A stretch of DNA of 64,000 nt from a candidate division Kazan bacterium GW2011_GWA1_50_15 (GTDB lineage: Bacteria; Patescibacteriota; Kazan-3B-28): the NCBI GenBank assembly GCA_001029795.1, contig CP011216.1, forward strand, positions 499,580 to 563,579, given 5' to 3'. A program made the translations under genes and the position numbers. Shown here one piece after another: positions 49,289 through 59,118 of the stretch. How positions within the stretch are numbered: position 1 is the stretch's first letter; each line of letters starts with the position of its first letter. Under the pieces are notes generated by a model. The model did not search any database. It saw nothing but the letters and a program-made list of their open reading frames with translations, and was not told the origin of the DNA.

Positions 49289-50374
49289 ATGACTAAAATA
49301 CTAGCCATCGAGACATCTTGCGACGATACCAGCGTGGCTATTGTGGAGAACGGCCACAAAGTTTTGGTGAATCTGGTGGCGTCCCAAGAGAAATTGCACG
49401 CTACCTTTGGTGGGGTGGTCCCCGAGGTGGCTTCCAGAGAACATCTGAAGGCCATTTATCCCTTGATCGAGTTGGCTCTAAAGAGGGCCAAGCTGACACC
49501 CAAACAAATTGACGCCATCGCCGTGACGGTGGGTCCGGGGCTGCTTGGCTCGCTATTAGTAGGCGTCAATGCGGCTAAAACCTTGGGATATTTGTGGGGT
49601 AAGAGGGTGTTACCCGTGAATCATTTAATGGGGCATATCTATGCGGGGTTCATCGATCATCCCAAGTTAGAACTACCGCTGCTGGCGCTGGTAGTTAGTG
49701 GCGGACACAGCGAGCTGGTGCTGGTGGGGAGGCACGGTGAGTATAAATATTTGGGCGGGACGCGCGATGACGCGGCCGGCGAGGCCTTTGATAAAGTCGC
49801 GCGGTTGTTGCAATTAGGTTATCCCGGCGGACCCGCAGTAGCCGCGGAGGCGGCAAAAGCCAAATTACAAATTACAAATTACAAAAAGGGGAAAGGGATT
49901 AAATTGCCGAGGCCGATGCTGGATGAGGGCGATCTGGACTTTAGTTTTTCTGGCTTAAAGACAGCCGTCTCACGAGTGAAGGGAAGACCGGCCGATATCG
50001 CGCACGAGTTCCAGGATGCGGTCGTGGATGTGCTGACCGACAAGTTGGCGCGGGCGGCGAGTCGGCACCAAGCCAAAACTATCGTGCTGGGCGGCGGGGT
50101 AGCAGCCAACCAAGCTTTACGCGGCCGAGTGAGCGAGTTGGCTAAGGCGCGCGGCTGGCAGCTGGTCATCCCGGATTTTAAATATTGTACTGACAATGCG
50201 GCGATGATCGGCTCCGCTGGACACTTTCTTACTATGGGAGGAGGGAGAGCAGACCGCTTGGCTGAACAAAGTGAAGCTCGGCTTCGCCGACGGGCGTCGA
50301 GAGGGAAACTGGGTGTCCTCTCGAGACGAAGCAAAAAATACAAATGGTACAATACCAATGTAATGACTAGCTAG
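49289..50374 (+). CDS. tsaD: tRNA N6-adenosine threonylcarbamoyltransferase TsaD; contains an in-frame (aaattac)x3 insertion (KLQITNYKK) and a basic C-terminal tail
   Basis: MTKILAIETSCDDTSVAIV N-terminus and Kae1/TsaD motifs. Confidence 0.92.
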   Translation: MTKILAIETSCDDTSVAIVENGHKVLVNLVASQEKLHATFGGVVPEVASREHLKAIYPLIELALKRAKLTPKQIDAIAVTVGPGLLGSLLVGVNAAKTLGYLWGKRVLPVNHLMGHIYAGFIDHPKLELPLLALVVSGGHSELVLVGRHGEYKYLGGTRDDAAGEAFDKVARLLQLGYPGGPAVAAEAAKAKLQITNYKKGKGIKLPRPMLDEGDLDFSFSGLKTAVSRVKGRPADIAHEFQDAVVDVLTDKLARAASRHQAKTIVLGGGVAANQALRGRVSELAKARGWQLVIPDFKYCTDNAAMIGSAGHFLTMGGGRADRLAEQSEARLRRRASRGKLGVLSRRSKKYKWYNTNVMTS

Positions 50375-52513
50375 ATGGACAAGACATTTGACTTCAAAAA
50401 TCTAGAACCGAAACTCTATGACTTGTGGGAAAAGTCGGGGGGTTTTACGCCCAAGATGGTGGTCGGCCAGAAGCCGTACACCATCATCATGCCACCGCCT
50501 AATGCCAATGCCAGCCTGCACATTGGGCACGCACTCTTTGTGACGGTTGAGGATATTATGGTGCGGTATCATCGGATGAAGGGAGAGCCAACGCTGTGGC
50601 TACCCGGGGCGGACCATGCCGGTATCGCTACGCAGGTGTCATTTGAAAAAGAACTGACCAAGAGGGGTTTGACCCGCTTTGATTTGGGGCGGGAGGAGTT
50701 CGTGAAACAGACCTGCGCCTTCACGATGAAAAATCGGGCGACGATGGAAGACCAGCTGCGTCGGCTGGGGGCGAGCTGTGACTGGACCCGCAAAAAGTTC
50801 ACTCTCGACCCGGATGTAAGCGAGGCGGTCTTCACCACTTTTAAGAAAATGTATGACGAGGGGCTGATCTACCGCGGGGAGCGGATCATTAACTGGTGCC
50901 CGCGGTGTGCTACCTCACTCTCCGACCTGGAGGTGGAACACAAAGAAACTGAGGGGACGCTGACCTACATCAAATACCCATTGGTGGGCGGTCGCCGACC
51001 CAGAGGGTCATCTGACCCGGAGGGCAAGTTTATCGTGGTTGCCACTACCCGCCCGGAGACAATGTTGGGCGACACGGCGGTGGCGGTGAACCCGGCCGAT
51101 AAACGTTATGTCAAGTTGGTGGGTAAGAAAGTCGCATTACCGCTGACTGACCGCGAAATACCTGTCATCGTGGACGAGGCGGTGGATATGAGATTTGGCA
51201 CTGGCGCGGTGAAGGTGACCCCGGCTCACGACCCGACCGACTTTGAAATTGGCCAGCGACACAAACTGCCGAGCATCGTGGTGATCGGGCAGGATTTGAA
51301 GATGACGGAGGCCGCTGGCAAGTACACTGGGTTGAAGGTGAAGGCGGCGCGGGAGCAGGTGCTAGCCGATCTGCAGACGGCGGGGCTCATTGAAAAGACG
51401 GCCGCGCACTCGCATAATGTGGGTCACTGCCAGCGGTGCGACACGGCGGTAGAGCCGATGCTCTCCAAACAGTGGTTCGTGAAGATGGCGCCCTTGGCGG
51501 GACCCGCCAAGGCGGCGGTGAAGAGTGGCCAGATCAAGTTCATCCCCGAGCACTTCGAGAAGCTTTACTTTAACTGGATGGAGAATATCCGCGACTGGAA
51601 CATCAGCCGGCAGCTGTGGTGGGGACATCAGGTACCGGTCTATTACGCCAAAGACTACCCTGACAAGATGGCGGTAGCCGCGACTAAGGGCGAGGCCGAA
51701 AAAGCGCTGGGCGGCGAAGTGGCGCAGGACCCGGATACTCTGGATACTTGGTTCTCGTCCGGGCTATGGCCATTCACGACGCTGGGCTGGCCAAAGGTTA
51801 CAGATGACTTTAAATATTTTTACCCCACAACCATGATGGAAACGGGCTGGGACATTATCTTTTTCTGGGTAGCTCGGATGATCATGCTGGGACTATATTG
51901 TACCGGCCAAGCGCCGTTCGAGTTGGTCTATATGAACGGGCTGGTGCGCGATAAGGAAGGCAACAAGATATCCAAATCCAAGGGCAATGTCATCGACCCG
52001 ATGGTAATGGTGGACAAGTACGGCGCCGATGCTCTGCGGATGGGGCTGGTAGCGGGCACAGCGGCCGGGAACGATACGGCGATGTCGGAGGATAAGGTGC
52101 GGGCCTACCGCAACTTTGCCAACAAGATATGGAATGCGGCCCGGTTCATTAATTTGGAGGTGAGCGCGCCCAAGGATATCGGCGCGGTGGAGCTAACGAG
52201 CGAGGACAAGGCCTGGCTGAAGGAGTTTGATGCGGTGAGTGCGGAGGTGACTAAGTTGATGGATAAGTACCAGCTGGGTCAGGCGGCCGAGAAGCTCTAC
52301 GACTACTTCTGGCACACCTTCTGTGACAAATGTATTGAAGTAGCCAAACCGCGGTTGCAGGACATGGCCCAAAAAGACATCGCCGCGGCGGTCTTAAACT
52401 ACATTCTGAAAAACTGCCTCATTATGCTTCATCCCTTTGTGCCGTTTGTGACGGAAGCCGTCTGGAAAAATCTCTACGAGGGTGATTTGATTTCGACCAA
52501 GCGGTCGTCGTAG
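50375..52513 (+). CDS. valS: Valine--tRNA ligase, C-terminally short (712 aa; ends about 22 aa after the HPFVPF motif)
   Basis: HIGH (PNANASLHIGHAL) and KMSKS (KISKSKGN) motifs plus the ValS editing domain. Stop codon abuts repeat copy 2. Confidence 0.9.
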   Translation: MDKTFDFKNLEPKLYDLWEKSGGFTPKMVVGQKPYTIIMPPPNANASLHIGHALFVTVEDIMVRYHRMKGEPTLWLPGADHAGIATQVSFEKELTKRGLTRFDLGREEFVKQTCAFTMKNRATMEDQLRRLGASCDWTRKKFTLDPDVSEAVFTTFKKMYDEGLIYRGERIINWCPRCATSLSDLEVEHKETEGTLTYIKYPLVGGRRPRGSSDPEGKFIVVATTRPETMLGDTAVAVNPADKRYVKLVGKKVALPLTDREIPVIVDEAVDMRFGTGAVKVTPAHDPTDFEIGQRHKLPSIVVIGQDLKMTEAAGKYTGLKVKAAREQVLADLQTAGLIEKTAAHSHNVGHCQRCDTAVEPMLSKQWFVKMAPLAGPAKAAVKSGQIKFIPEHFEKLYFNWMENIRDWNISRQLWWGHQVPVYYAKDYPDKMAVAATKGEAEKALGGEVAQDPDTLDTWFSSGLWPFTTLGWPKVTDDFKYFYPTTMMETGWDIIFFWVARMIMLGLYCTGQAPFELVYMNGLVRDKEGNKISKSKGNVIDPMVMVDKYGADALRMGLVAGTAAGNDTAMSEDKVRAYRNFANKIWNAARFINLEVSAPKDIGAVELTSEDKAWLKEFDAVSAEVTKLMDKYQLGQAAEKLYDYFWHTFCDKCIEVAKPRLQDMAQKDIAAAVLNYILKNCLIMLHPFVPFVTEAVWKNLYEGDLISTKRSS

Positions 52514-52727
52514 CCGAGCGCGAAACGGCGCTCGACCCGTTGCCACTTTTGTCTTGCCAAAAGTGGCCAAAAGCGTGGCCCGGTAGCTCCGGGCTTATTC
52601 GTTGGTAAAATTATCTTTCCGCTTACAGCCAAACTCCCCCTCGGCTACGCTCGGGGTCAAACAGTGGCTCCGCGGCGATAATTTTACTCAACTCAGAACA
52701 ACCCTCCGCTAATGGGCCGGTGAAGGC
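52510..52727. repeat. Copy 2 of the roughly 200-nt structured intergenic element (paralog of 45378-45575); fills the whole spacer between convergent valS and the downstream minus-strand gene
   Basis: Same hairpin series as copy 1, including a compensatory 1-bp extension of hairpin 2 (gccactttt/aaaagtggc). A third hairpin gcccgg-tagct-ccgggc followed by TTATTCGTT is terminator-like on the plus strand. Confidence 0.6.
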
Positions 52728-53459
52728 CTATCCACCATACCCAGGGAGAATGGAGGGCAAATTGTAAGTTGTGCCGGCCGGGTTGCCGCCAGTTGCTTGG
52801 CTGACGTACTGGGGGCGGGCGACTTTGACGACTCCGCCGGACGGGAACTCCATTAAAACCCAAGTTTTGGTCTCGGCGACTATTTCGGCGTTGTAGTTGG
52901 TTTGGTAGTTGACGATGGCACCGGCGTCTTGAACGGGGGCATAGGCCAGCCGGTCCTGGAGCCAGGCCGTTTCATCGCCGGTTTTGGTATTGAAACTGCG
53001 GATAGTATCACCGGGGAAAATCACTAAGACATTGGCGCCTTTTTGATACCAAGCTCGGCCGCCGTCTTGGTAGGCGTAAGCGAGGTCGCTGCCCTCGGGC
53101 GGCAACACCCCCGCCAAAGCGGATGGCTGGTAGGTGCTTGTCCCAGGCTGGTCGCTTAAAAAGTAGTTGCCAGAGTTGGCGGTCGGGGATGCGGCTGGAC
53201 GATAAACCAGACCAATGATACCTTGGGTATCCTGGCTAATTTCGGCTGGGTTGCTCGGCAGGTTAATACCCACAAAGCCGGGAGTTGGGTTGGGACCACC
53301 GAGCGCGTCCGCGGGCATACTCTGCAGGATTGAGCTGAGCCAGCTATTCGATTCTGACCGCGCCGGTTCTGGCTGGGAGCTTTTAACCATCGGTAAAACT
53401 TCGGCAAAGACTAGGCCGAGCAGAATAAAGAGAGCGAAAAGGTTACGAAGTTTAGTCAT
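52728..53459 (-). CDS. Secreted hypothetical protein (243 aa), signal peptide, Pro/Gly/Ser-rich
   Basis: N-terminal MTKLRNLFALFILLGLVFA signal. Lies distal to the T4SS-like operon. Confidence 0.6.
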   Translation of the reverse strand: MTKLRNLFALFILLGLVFAEVLPMVKSSQPEPARSESNSWLSSILQSMPADALGGPNPTPGFVGINLPSNPAEISQDTQGIIGLVYRPAASPTANSGNYFLSDQPGTSTYQPSALAGVLPPEGSDLAYAYQDGGRAWYQKGANVLVIFPGDTIRSFNTKTGDETAWLQDRLAYAPVQDAGAIVNYQTNYNAEIVAETKTWVLMEFPSGGVVKVARPQYVSQATGGNPAGTTYNLPSILPGYGG

Positions 53460-53515
53460 AAAACAAGCGGATGGGACCGCTTCCTTTTCACCTGTTCTTA
53501 TTATACCGCACTAGG

Positions 53516-55156
53516 TCATTCGGCGATAACCCGCCAAAGCTCTTCTAGGGTGGTAATGCCGGCTAGGACCTTGGCAACTCCGTCTTGGGCGAGGGTGGTC
53601 ATCCCTTGGCTTTGGGCAAGAGCCTGAATTTCGTGCGCGGGGGCACTGCTCATGATCTTGACCTTAATCTCAGGGGTGATCTCAAGTAGTTCAAATATGC
53701 CGACGCGGCCCTGATAACCAGTACCGTTGCATTTATCACAAGCCTTGGCGATTGGGAGGGTAGCGGGGATCTGAGCATCGGGCAAGATAGACTTGATCTT
53801 GGCTTGAGCCGCCTCGTCCGGCGCGGCCGAAGCCTTGCAGTTAGGACAGACCTTGCGGACCAATCGTTGAGCGATGATAAGTCTCAACGCATCGGAAAAC
53901 AACTGGGGCTTGGCCCCTAGGTCAATAAGCCGAGGTACGGCGCCAGCTGCATCGTTGGTGTGCAGGGTGGATAACACTAGGTGCCCCGTAAGGGAAGCAT
54001 TCACAGCGATATCGGCGGTCTCGCTGTCACGAATCTCTCCGACTAGGATGACGTCCGGATCTTGGCGGACGATCGCTCGCAGGGCGTTGGCAAAATCGTA
54101 GTGTTCTTCTGGGTTGACCTGAGTTTGAGTCACTCCTTGTAGACGGTACTCGATCGGGTCTTCGACGGTGATGATCTTGGTGGTAGGCGAGTTGATAGTG
54201 TTCAAGACGGCGTAGAGAGTAGTGGTCTTACCAGAGCCAGTGGGGCCGGTGTTGAGAATAAGCCCATTTGGTTCGTGGATCGATCGATCGATCACTTGAC
54301 GGTCGTGAGAACTCAGCCCTAACTCATCTAGACTTACGAATTTGCCTTCCTGGGGGAGCAGGCGCATGACGATCGACTCGCCGTATTGGGTGGGCAGGAT
54401 CGAAACTCGGATATCATACCGGCTCGCGCCAGCAGTAATCGAAAACCGACCGTCCTGCGAACTCTCGGTGATGTTGAGTTTCAGCGCCGCCATCAGCTTG
54501 ATGCGGTCCACTACTGCTCCTTGAGCTGAGGTGGGCAAAGTAGCAATATCCTGCAGCACTCCATCTAACCGATAACGAAGCCGTAAGTCGGTTTGGGTGG
54601 GCTCAATGTGGATGTCGGAAGCCTTCAAACCAGTGGCCCCGGCCAAAATAGTGGTGAGTAGCTCGCTAGTGGAGGTGCTAGTGAGTTTAGCTTGAAATTC
54701 TGTCAGATCATTAAGCTTGGGGATGGTCTGCGGTCCAGAAGTGTCGATAGTGATCTCGTGGGAGTGATCGGCTGCTGGGGCGAAGGTGTCGTATACTCCC
54801 AAGAGATAGCGCATAGATGACTCGGATACCAAAACGGGGTGGAACTGATACTCATCCATAGCCGCCAGGTGCTTTAAAGCAGTGACGGTTGCGGGGTTAT
54901 TGGGATCACTCAGGGCTAGTAAGATCTTGGTCCCAGCTTTCTCAAAAGCGAAGACATGACCAGACTGAACCATATCTCTAGGGACGAGGGCGACTGCGGC
55001 TGGATCGGGTTGGAAGCCAGCTAGATTACGATATTCAAGACCCAATTTATCAGCCTGAATTTTGGTCAGTTCTTCTTCTTTGGCGCGGTGGAGATTTTTA
55101 ACCGCCTGTTCCAACGGGGCTTTGTCGCCATCTGGTTTTGGGGTTGAGTTAACCAT
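53516..55156 (-). CDS. pilB: GspE/PilB family secretion ATPase with N-terminal T2SE_N domain and tetracysteine zinc motif
   Basis: Walker A GPTGSGKTTT, Asp/His boxes, CPNC...CDKC. An N-domain is present, so a VirB11-type ATPase is unlikely. Confidence 0.9.
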   Translation of the reverse strand: MVNSTPKPDGDKAPLEQAVKNLHRAKEEELTKIQADKLGLEYRNLAGFQPDPAAVALVPRDMVQSGHVFAFEKAGTKILLALSDPNNPATVTALKHLAAMDEYQFHPVLVSESSMRYLLGVYDTFAPAADHSHEITIDTSGPQTIPKLNDLTEFQAKLTSTSTSELLTTILAGATGLKASDIHIEPTQTDLRLRYRLDGVLQDIATLPTSAQGAVVDRIKLMAALKLNITESSQDGRFSITAGASRYDIRVSILPTQYGESIVMRLLPQEGKFVSLDELGLSSHDRQVIDRSIHEPNGLILNTGPTGSGKTTTLYAVLNTINSPTTKIITVEDPIEYRLQGVTQTQVNPEEHYDFANALRAIVRQDPDVILVGEIRDSETADIAVNASLTGHLVLSTLHTNDAAGAVPRLIDLGAKPQLFSDALRLIIAQRLVRKVCPNCKASAAPDEAAQAKIKSILPDAQIPATLPIAKACDKCNGTGYQGRVGIFELLEITPEIKVKIMSSAPAHEIQALAQSQGMTTLAQDGVAKVLAGITTLEELWRVIAE

Positions 55157-55158
55157 AT

Positions 55159-56082
55159 TTATTGAGTAACCAGCGGATGGGCCACTACTATCGCTTTATC
55201 GGTGGTGCCTTCGAGAGGGAAGTGTTCTAGCCTGACGCGAGCAATGTTTTCCCATAAGCCCACCTCTTCCACTGTAGCAGAAACCCCAAAGGTCAGAGTG
55301 ACAACCGGGTTACTAGAGTAGACGTCAATTCGGTAATCGCCCATCCAGCCAGCGATCCTCTGGGGCTGGCCGCTTTGCCCATAGATGATATAGTAGCTGC
55401 CCTGAACGGGTTTCAGCCCGTTCGGGAAGAGATCATCCACGATAAATGTAGCCAGTTTGGCTGGCAGAGAACCAAAGTCAGCGCCAGGCGGGAGGATGAC
55501 CCCTACACTAACATCGACCTTGAAGTCGACTTGCGTCTGGTGGTCGGCGTAGGCTTCGACCGAATGGACATAACTGCCGTCTGGAGCCAATCTAACCTGT
55601 TTGGTGAGGCCATAAACGTATTTGAGGCCCTCGGGTTTTTCTTCGGTCGGGATGGCAGGGGTGAGGATACCGCCGCTATTGGGGTCGGTCGGATCAGTGC
55701 CGAGAATCACCTCTATACCGTCAGCTACCCCGTCGCCGTCAGTGTCTGGGTTAGTGGGGTCGGTGCCGGTATCCTCCGGGTTAGTGGGGTCGAATACACC
55801 GGTACCCGTCTCGGTGCTGTTGGGAAGCCCGTCGTTGTCATGGTCACCTGGGCCAGTAACTTTAGGGCTAATAAAGTCAGTCGTCTCGCCTGGGATATCG
55901 GGGATATCGTGGGCGGGGTTGTTAAGTTCGGCGTCCCGCTCCGCCAAGGTGCGAGTACCCCAACGCTCTTCGATACCGGAGGTCTCTCTAATAAAAGTAG
56001 CCCCGGCCGAGGCAATGATAAGAATGCCGACAGCGGCGGCACCCACAGTAATGGCCAAACCAGTCCCGGCCCCAATACGCAT
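55159..56082 (-). CDS. Membrane-anchored protein with thrombospondin type-3-like calcium-binding repeats (DxDxDG) and an unknown C-terminal domain
   Basis: N-terminal TM. DHDNDGLPN / DTDGDGVADGIE repeats. Confidence 0.6.
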   Translation of the reverse strand: MRIGAGTGLAITVGAAAVGILIIASAGATFIRETSGIEERWGTRTLAERDAELNNPAHDIPDIPGETTDFISPKVTGPGDHDNDGLPNSTETGTGVFDPTNPEDTGTDPTNPDTDGDGVADGIEVILGTDPTDPNSGGILTPAIPTEEKPEGLKYVYGLTKQVRLAPDGSYVHSVEAYADHQTQVDFKVDVSVGVILPPGADFGSLPAKLATFIVDDLFPNGLKPVQGSYYIIYGQSGQPQRIAGWMGDYRIDVYSSNPVVTLTFGVSATVEEVGLWENIARVRLEHFPLEGTTDKAIVVAHPLVTQ

Positions 56083-56085
56083 GAC

Positions 56086-57876
56086 TTAGCCTCCTGTTAG
56101 ATTACGCAGTTCAGCGAGCTGGGCTGGGTCAGAGGTCACGATCTTGTCTTCCACGTAGCTAGCAACTACCTTGATAGCGGCATGGCTGGTGCCGGCAAAA
56201 AATAGACCCTCCCCAACCTCGGCTTCTAGGAGCAGGAACTTCTCGCCTTGGGTCAGGTTGAAGGTTTCAGTGACCACATCAATGGAGGCTGGTGACTGGC
56301 GGAAGAGAAGCTGTAGGGAAGAGTTGGCCACCACAGCTTTACCGTACTTGGAACCGAGAAAGTCCTCGACATCCTGGGTGATGGTGGTGAGACCCAGGTA
56401 ATACTTACGGGCCCGCTTGGCGATCGAGTACAGAAATTTGGCGGAGTCCTCGTACTGCATCAAGATCCAGGCCTCGTCGATTACAAGGATCCGCTTCTTT
56501 ACATCGAAACGGATCTTGTTCCAAATGTAGTTGAGAACGATGTACATAGCGATGGGGCGCAGAACGTCTTCCAGGTCGCGGATGTTAAAGACCATAAGGC
56601 CAGTGTCTAATTCAAAGTTGGTGGGCTGGTTGAAAATACCGGCGAAGGTCCCCCGGGTGTATTTGCTAAGCCGCTGTGATAGGCTCTCGGCGCCCTGCAT
56701 ATTGTCCAAGACATTTTGCAGATCCTCCATGGTCGGCATGGGGTTGGCGTGGGTTTTAACGTCATCGGTGATATCTTTGAGAGCGTAAGTTTCGCGGATG
56801 GCTTTATCCATCAATGCGTCCTCTTCGGGAGTCAAAGTCCCCACGAGCAGGTTCATCAGCCCCAAGAGTGTAACAATGGCTGAGCGCAAAACCTTTTCGC
56901 CCTCGGCGTTGGGTCCCAATTTCGGTAGATCAAATGGGTTAATCCGCTTGTCGCTATTAAGGGAGATAGAGATGTAGCTGCCGCCGGCGGCCTTGGCCAG
57001 CGCTTCATACTCGTTTTCCGGGTCGATGACGATGGCGTCAACTCCGAACATGGCGCTGCGCAGGATCTCTAGTTTGACGGCGTAGGATTTACCACCTCCA
57101 GACTTGGAGAAGACGGCCATATTGGCGTTTTCTAGGTCAAAGCGGTCAAATAGGATGAGCGAGTTGTTGTGACGGTTGATGCCGTACAAGACACCCTTGC
57201 CGGTGGTGAGGTCCACCGAGGTGAAGGGGAAGGTGGTAGCTAAGCTTGAGGTGGTCATGTTGCGGACGATGTCCAGTTCGTCCAGCCCCAGCGGCAGCGC
57301 CGAATTGAAGCCCTGCTCCATCTGTAGGAGCGCATGTTTAGTGTAGACCAACTGCCCACCGAGCGTGGTTTCGATGTGCTGGGTGATGGACTCCAGCTCC
57401 TGCTCAGTCTTAGCGTAGATAGTAAAATAGAGAGCGTAGTGAAAGAACTTTTCGATACCGCGCTGCAGGCGGTCGCGGAGCTCCTCAGCATCTTGGTAAG
57501 ATATCTCCAGCTCAGGGTCGCGGATGGCTCCTTTTTCTTGATTGATACGCAAACTTGCCTCCATCTCGGTTACCTTGCGGCGCAAAGTTTTCATAATGGC
57601 GGAGCTGTCTACAGGCATGATATGCATGGAGATGTCTAAATTGACATCGTAGTTGATGACTGGAGACAGCCAGTTGGTCTCGATGTATTGCGGGTAGGTC
57701 AGGACGAACAGCGACCGAACAAAACGGCCGTTGAGCATAAGATGATCGTTGCTGATCTCCAAAGCGGCGGGGGCGACTAGGTCGCGGACGGAGACTAGGC
57801 CGGCCTCGAACTGTTCCACGGCTTTGCGAGCCGAGGCTTCATCAGAGTTAACTGATTTTCTTTTAAACCAGGCCAT
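56086..57876 (-). CDS. virB4: VirB4/TraC/PrgJ family type IV secretion ATPase (C-terminal about 600 aa portion)
   Basis: Walker A SKSGGGKSY, Walker B ILVIDEAW and VirB4 N-domain-like region. Confidence 0.88.
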   Translation of the reverse strand: MAWFKRKSVNSDEASARKAVEQFEAGLVSVRDLVAPAALEISNDHLMLNGRFVRSLFVLTYPQYIETNWLSPVINYDVNLDISMHIMPVDSSAIMKTLRRKVTEMEASLRINQEKGAIRDPELEISYQDAEELRDRLQRGIEKFFHYALYFTIYAKTEQELESITQHIETTLGGQLVYTKHALLQMEQGFNSALPLGLDELDIVRNMTTSSLATTFPFTSVDLTTGKGVLYGINRHNNSLILFDRFDLENANMAVFSKSGGGKSYAVKLEILRSAMFGVDAIVIDPENEYEALAKAAGGSYISISLNSDKRINPFDLPKLGPNAEGEKVLRSAIVTLLGLMNLLVGTLTPEEDALMDKAIRETYALKDITDDVKTHANPMPTMEDLQNVLDNMQGAESLSQRLSKYTRGTFAGIFNQPTNFELDTGLMVFNIRDLEDVLRPIAMYIVLNYIWNKIRFDVKKRILVIDEAWILMQYEDSAKFLYSIAKRARKYYLGLTTITQDVEDFLGSKYGKAVVANSSLQLLFRQSPASIDVVTETFNLTQGEKFLLLEAEVGEGLFFAGTSHAAIKVVASYVEDKIVTSDPAQLAELRNLTGG

Positions 57877-57878
57877 AA

Positions 57879-58565
57879 TTATTGCCCCTGTTGGGCTTCT
57901 TTAATATTCTGGATAACTGATGCGTCTACGTTGCTGACCGAAAAAAGTTTCTGCCGGCGAGCAGTGTCGGGGTTGTAGGTTGAATAGAACAATTCGATCA
58001 GTTCCTGGGTGTTGAGCTGAACATTATGCAAGCCCAACCCGGCTAGGCCGGATGAAACTAAACTGGTCCGCTCTAGTAACTTGGTTTTGATCTCCGCGAA
58101 TCGGCCCCCAGTGGTGATCGGGCCGGACTTCTTGCCGAACAGTTTGCCCAAGAACCCGCCGGAGGGAGCCTCGAACCCAGTGTCATAAGGGATCACGATA
58201 TAAAAAGTTTTGCTCATAATGTTGGCCACGCCGATCAGCTCGCGGACAAAGCCGGTGTATTCGGCGGTCTGAGTGCGCAAGAGTTCATTGGTCTGTTCCC
58301 TGGCCAAGGTATCAAGCTGGGCCAGATATTTATCTAGATCGAGGGTGCGGGACTGTACGACGATCTGGATGGGGAATCCCAAACCGTTCAGGAATTCCTG
58401 GTACTGCCCCAAAAGTGCTTCCTGTTCATCGCGAGATTTAAGATTAAAGTTAATTGCGTTGGCCATCAGGACGGTGCGAAAACCGCCGGTCTTTAAGACA
58501 ACGATCCCATCACGGACTTCTTTGATGGGTAGGAACTTTTGTGTACTGTTGGACTTTTTGGCCAT
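57879..58565 (-). CDS. Hypothetical soluble protein (228 aa) resembling the extreme N-terminal segment of VirB4/TraC proteins; possible split-off VirB4 N-domain
   Basis: DGIVVLKTGGFRTVLMANAINFNLKSRDEQEALLGQYQEFLNGLGFPIQIVVQSR pattern. Stop TAA then TT then ATG of virB4. Confidence 0.45.
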   Translation of the reverse strand: MAKKSNSTQKFLPIKEVRDGIVVLKTGGFRTVLMANAINFNLKSRDEQEALLGQYQEFLNGLGFPIQIVVQSRTLDLDKYLAQLDTLAREQTNELLRTQTAEYTGFVRELIGVANIMSKTFYIVIPYDTGFEAPSGGFLGKLFGKKSGPITTGGRFAEIKTKLLERTSLVSSGLAGLGLHNVQLNTQELIELFYSTYNPDTARRQKLFSVSNVDASVIQNIKEAQQGQ

Positions 58566-58567
58566 GG

Positions 58568-59116
58568 TTAGTCGGTGTCAGTTAGAATATCTTCAACATC
58601 CAAACCGGCCTCGCTAACCGAGGAGCGGTTGGGGTTGAGGTTGTTGATCTGCGTAGTAACGGCATCCTGATCTTCTGCTCTCATTGTACCACCCGTATCT
58701 AAGAGGTGAGACAGTTTTTCAAGCTGAGTTTTAAGTTCGCCACCGCTTTGACGTTCGCGGACTTCGCTTTTAGTATCTTTGATGTCGCTGGCTTGGACTT
58801 TGATCGCCTGAACTAGTTGACGCGGCTCTTTGTGCCAGACAGCCTGCTTAGGCGACGTCCAAAAATGCCATAACTGCAATGCGAACAGGCCGAACGGACG
58901 ACCATTGATCTGAATAAAGGCTAATGACACGCTTAAGGCCACCGCTACTAAACTGATCAGTACGAACTCGGTGAAATAGAGGTACTTCCGAGTGTAGTAT
59001 TGATAGGCGATAAAGACGAGTGCGGCTCCGCCGAGAACGTAGAGGAACTGTTTCAGGGTCAGCGGACCGATCAAACGGTCTTCGCGGGTAACATCTTGTG
59101 GAATTTTGGCGGCCAT
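58568..59116 (-). CDS. PrgI family protein (VirB3-like small T4SS membrane protein)
   Basis: MAAKIPQDVTREDRLIGPLTLKQFLYVLGGAALVF N-terminal signature plus 2 TM helices. Confidence 0.75.
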   Translation of the reverse strand: MAAKIPQDVTREDRLIGPLTLKQFLYVLGGAALVFIAYQYYTRKYLYFTEFVLISLVAVALSVSLAFIQINGRPFGLFALQLWHFWTSPKQAVWHKEPRQLVQAIKVQASDIKDTKSEVRERQSGGELKTQLEKLSHLLDTGGTMRAEDQDAVTTQINNLNPNRSSVSEAGLDVEDILTDTD

Positions 59117-59118
59117 AA

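Noticed and set aside
53516-55156. GspE-family ATPase as the VirB11 of the T4SS
   Set aside because: It is 546 aa with an N-terminal T2SE_N domain and a tetracysteine motif, which are features of PilB/GspE. VirB11-type ATPases are about 330 aa and lack these.
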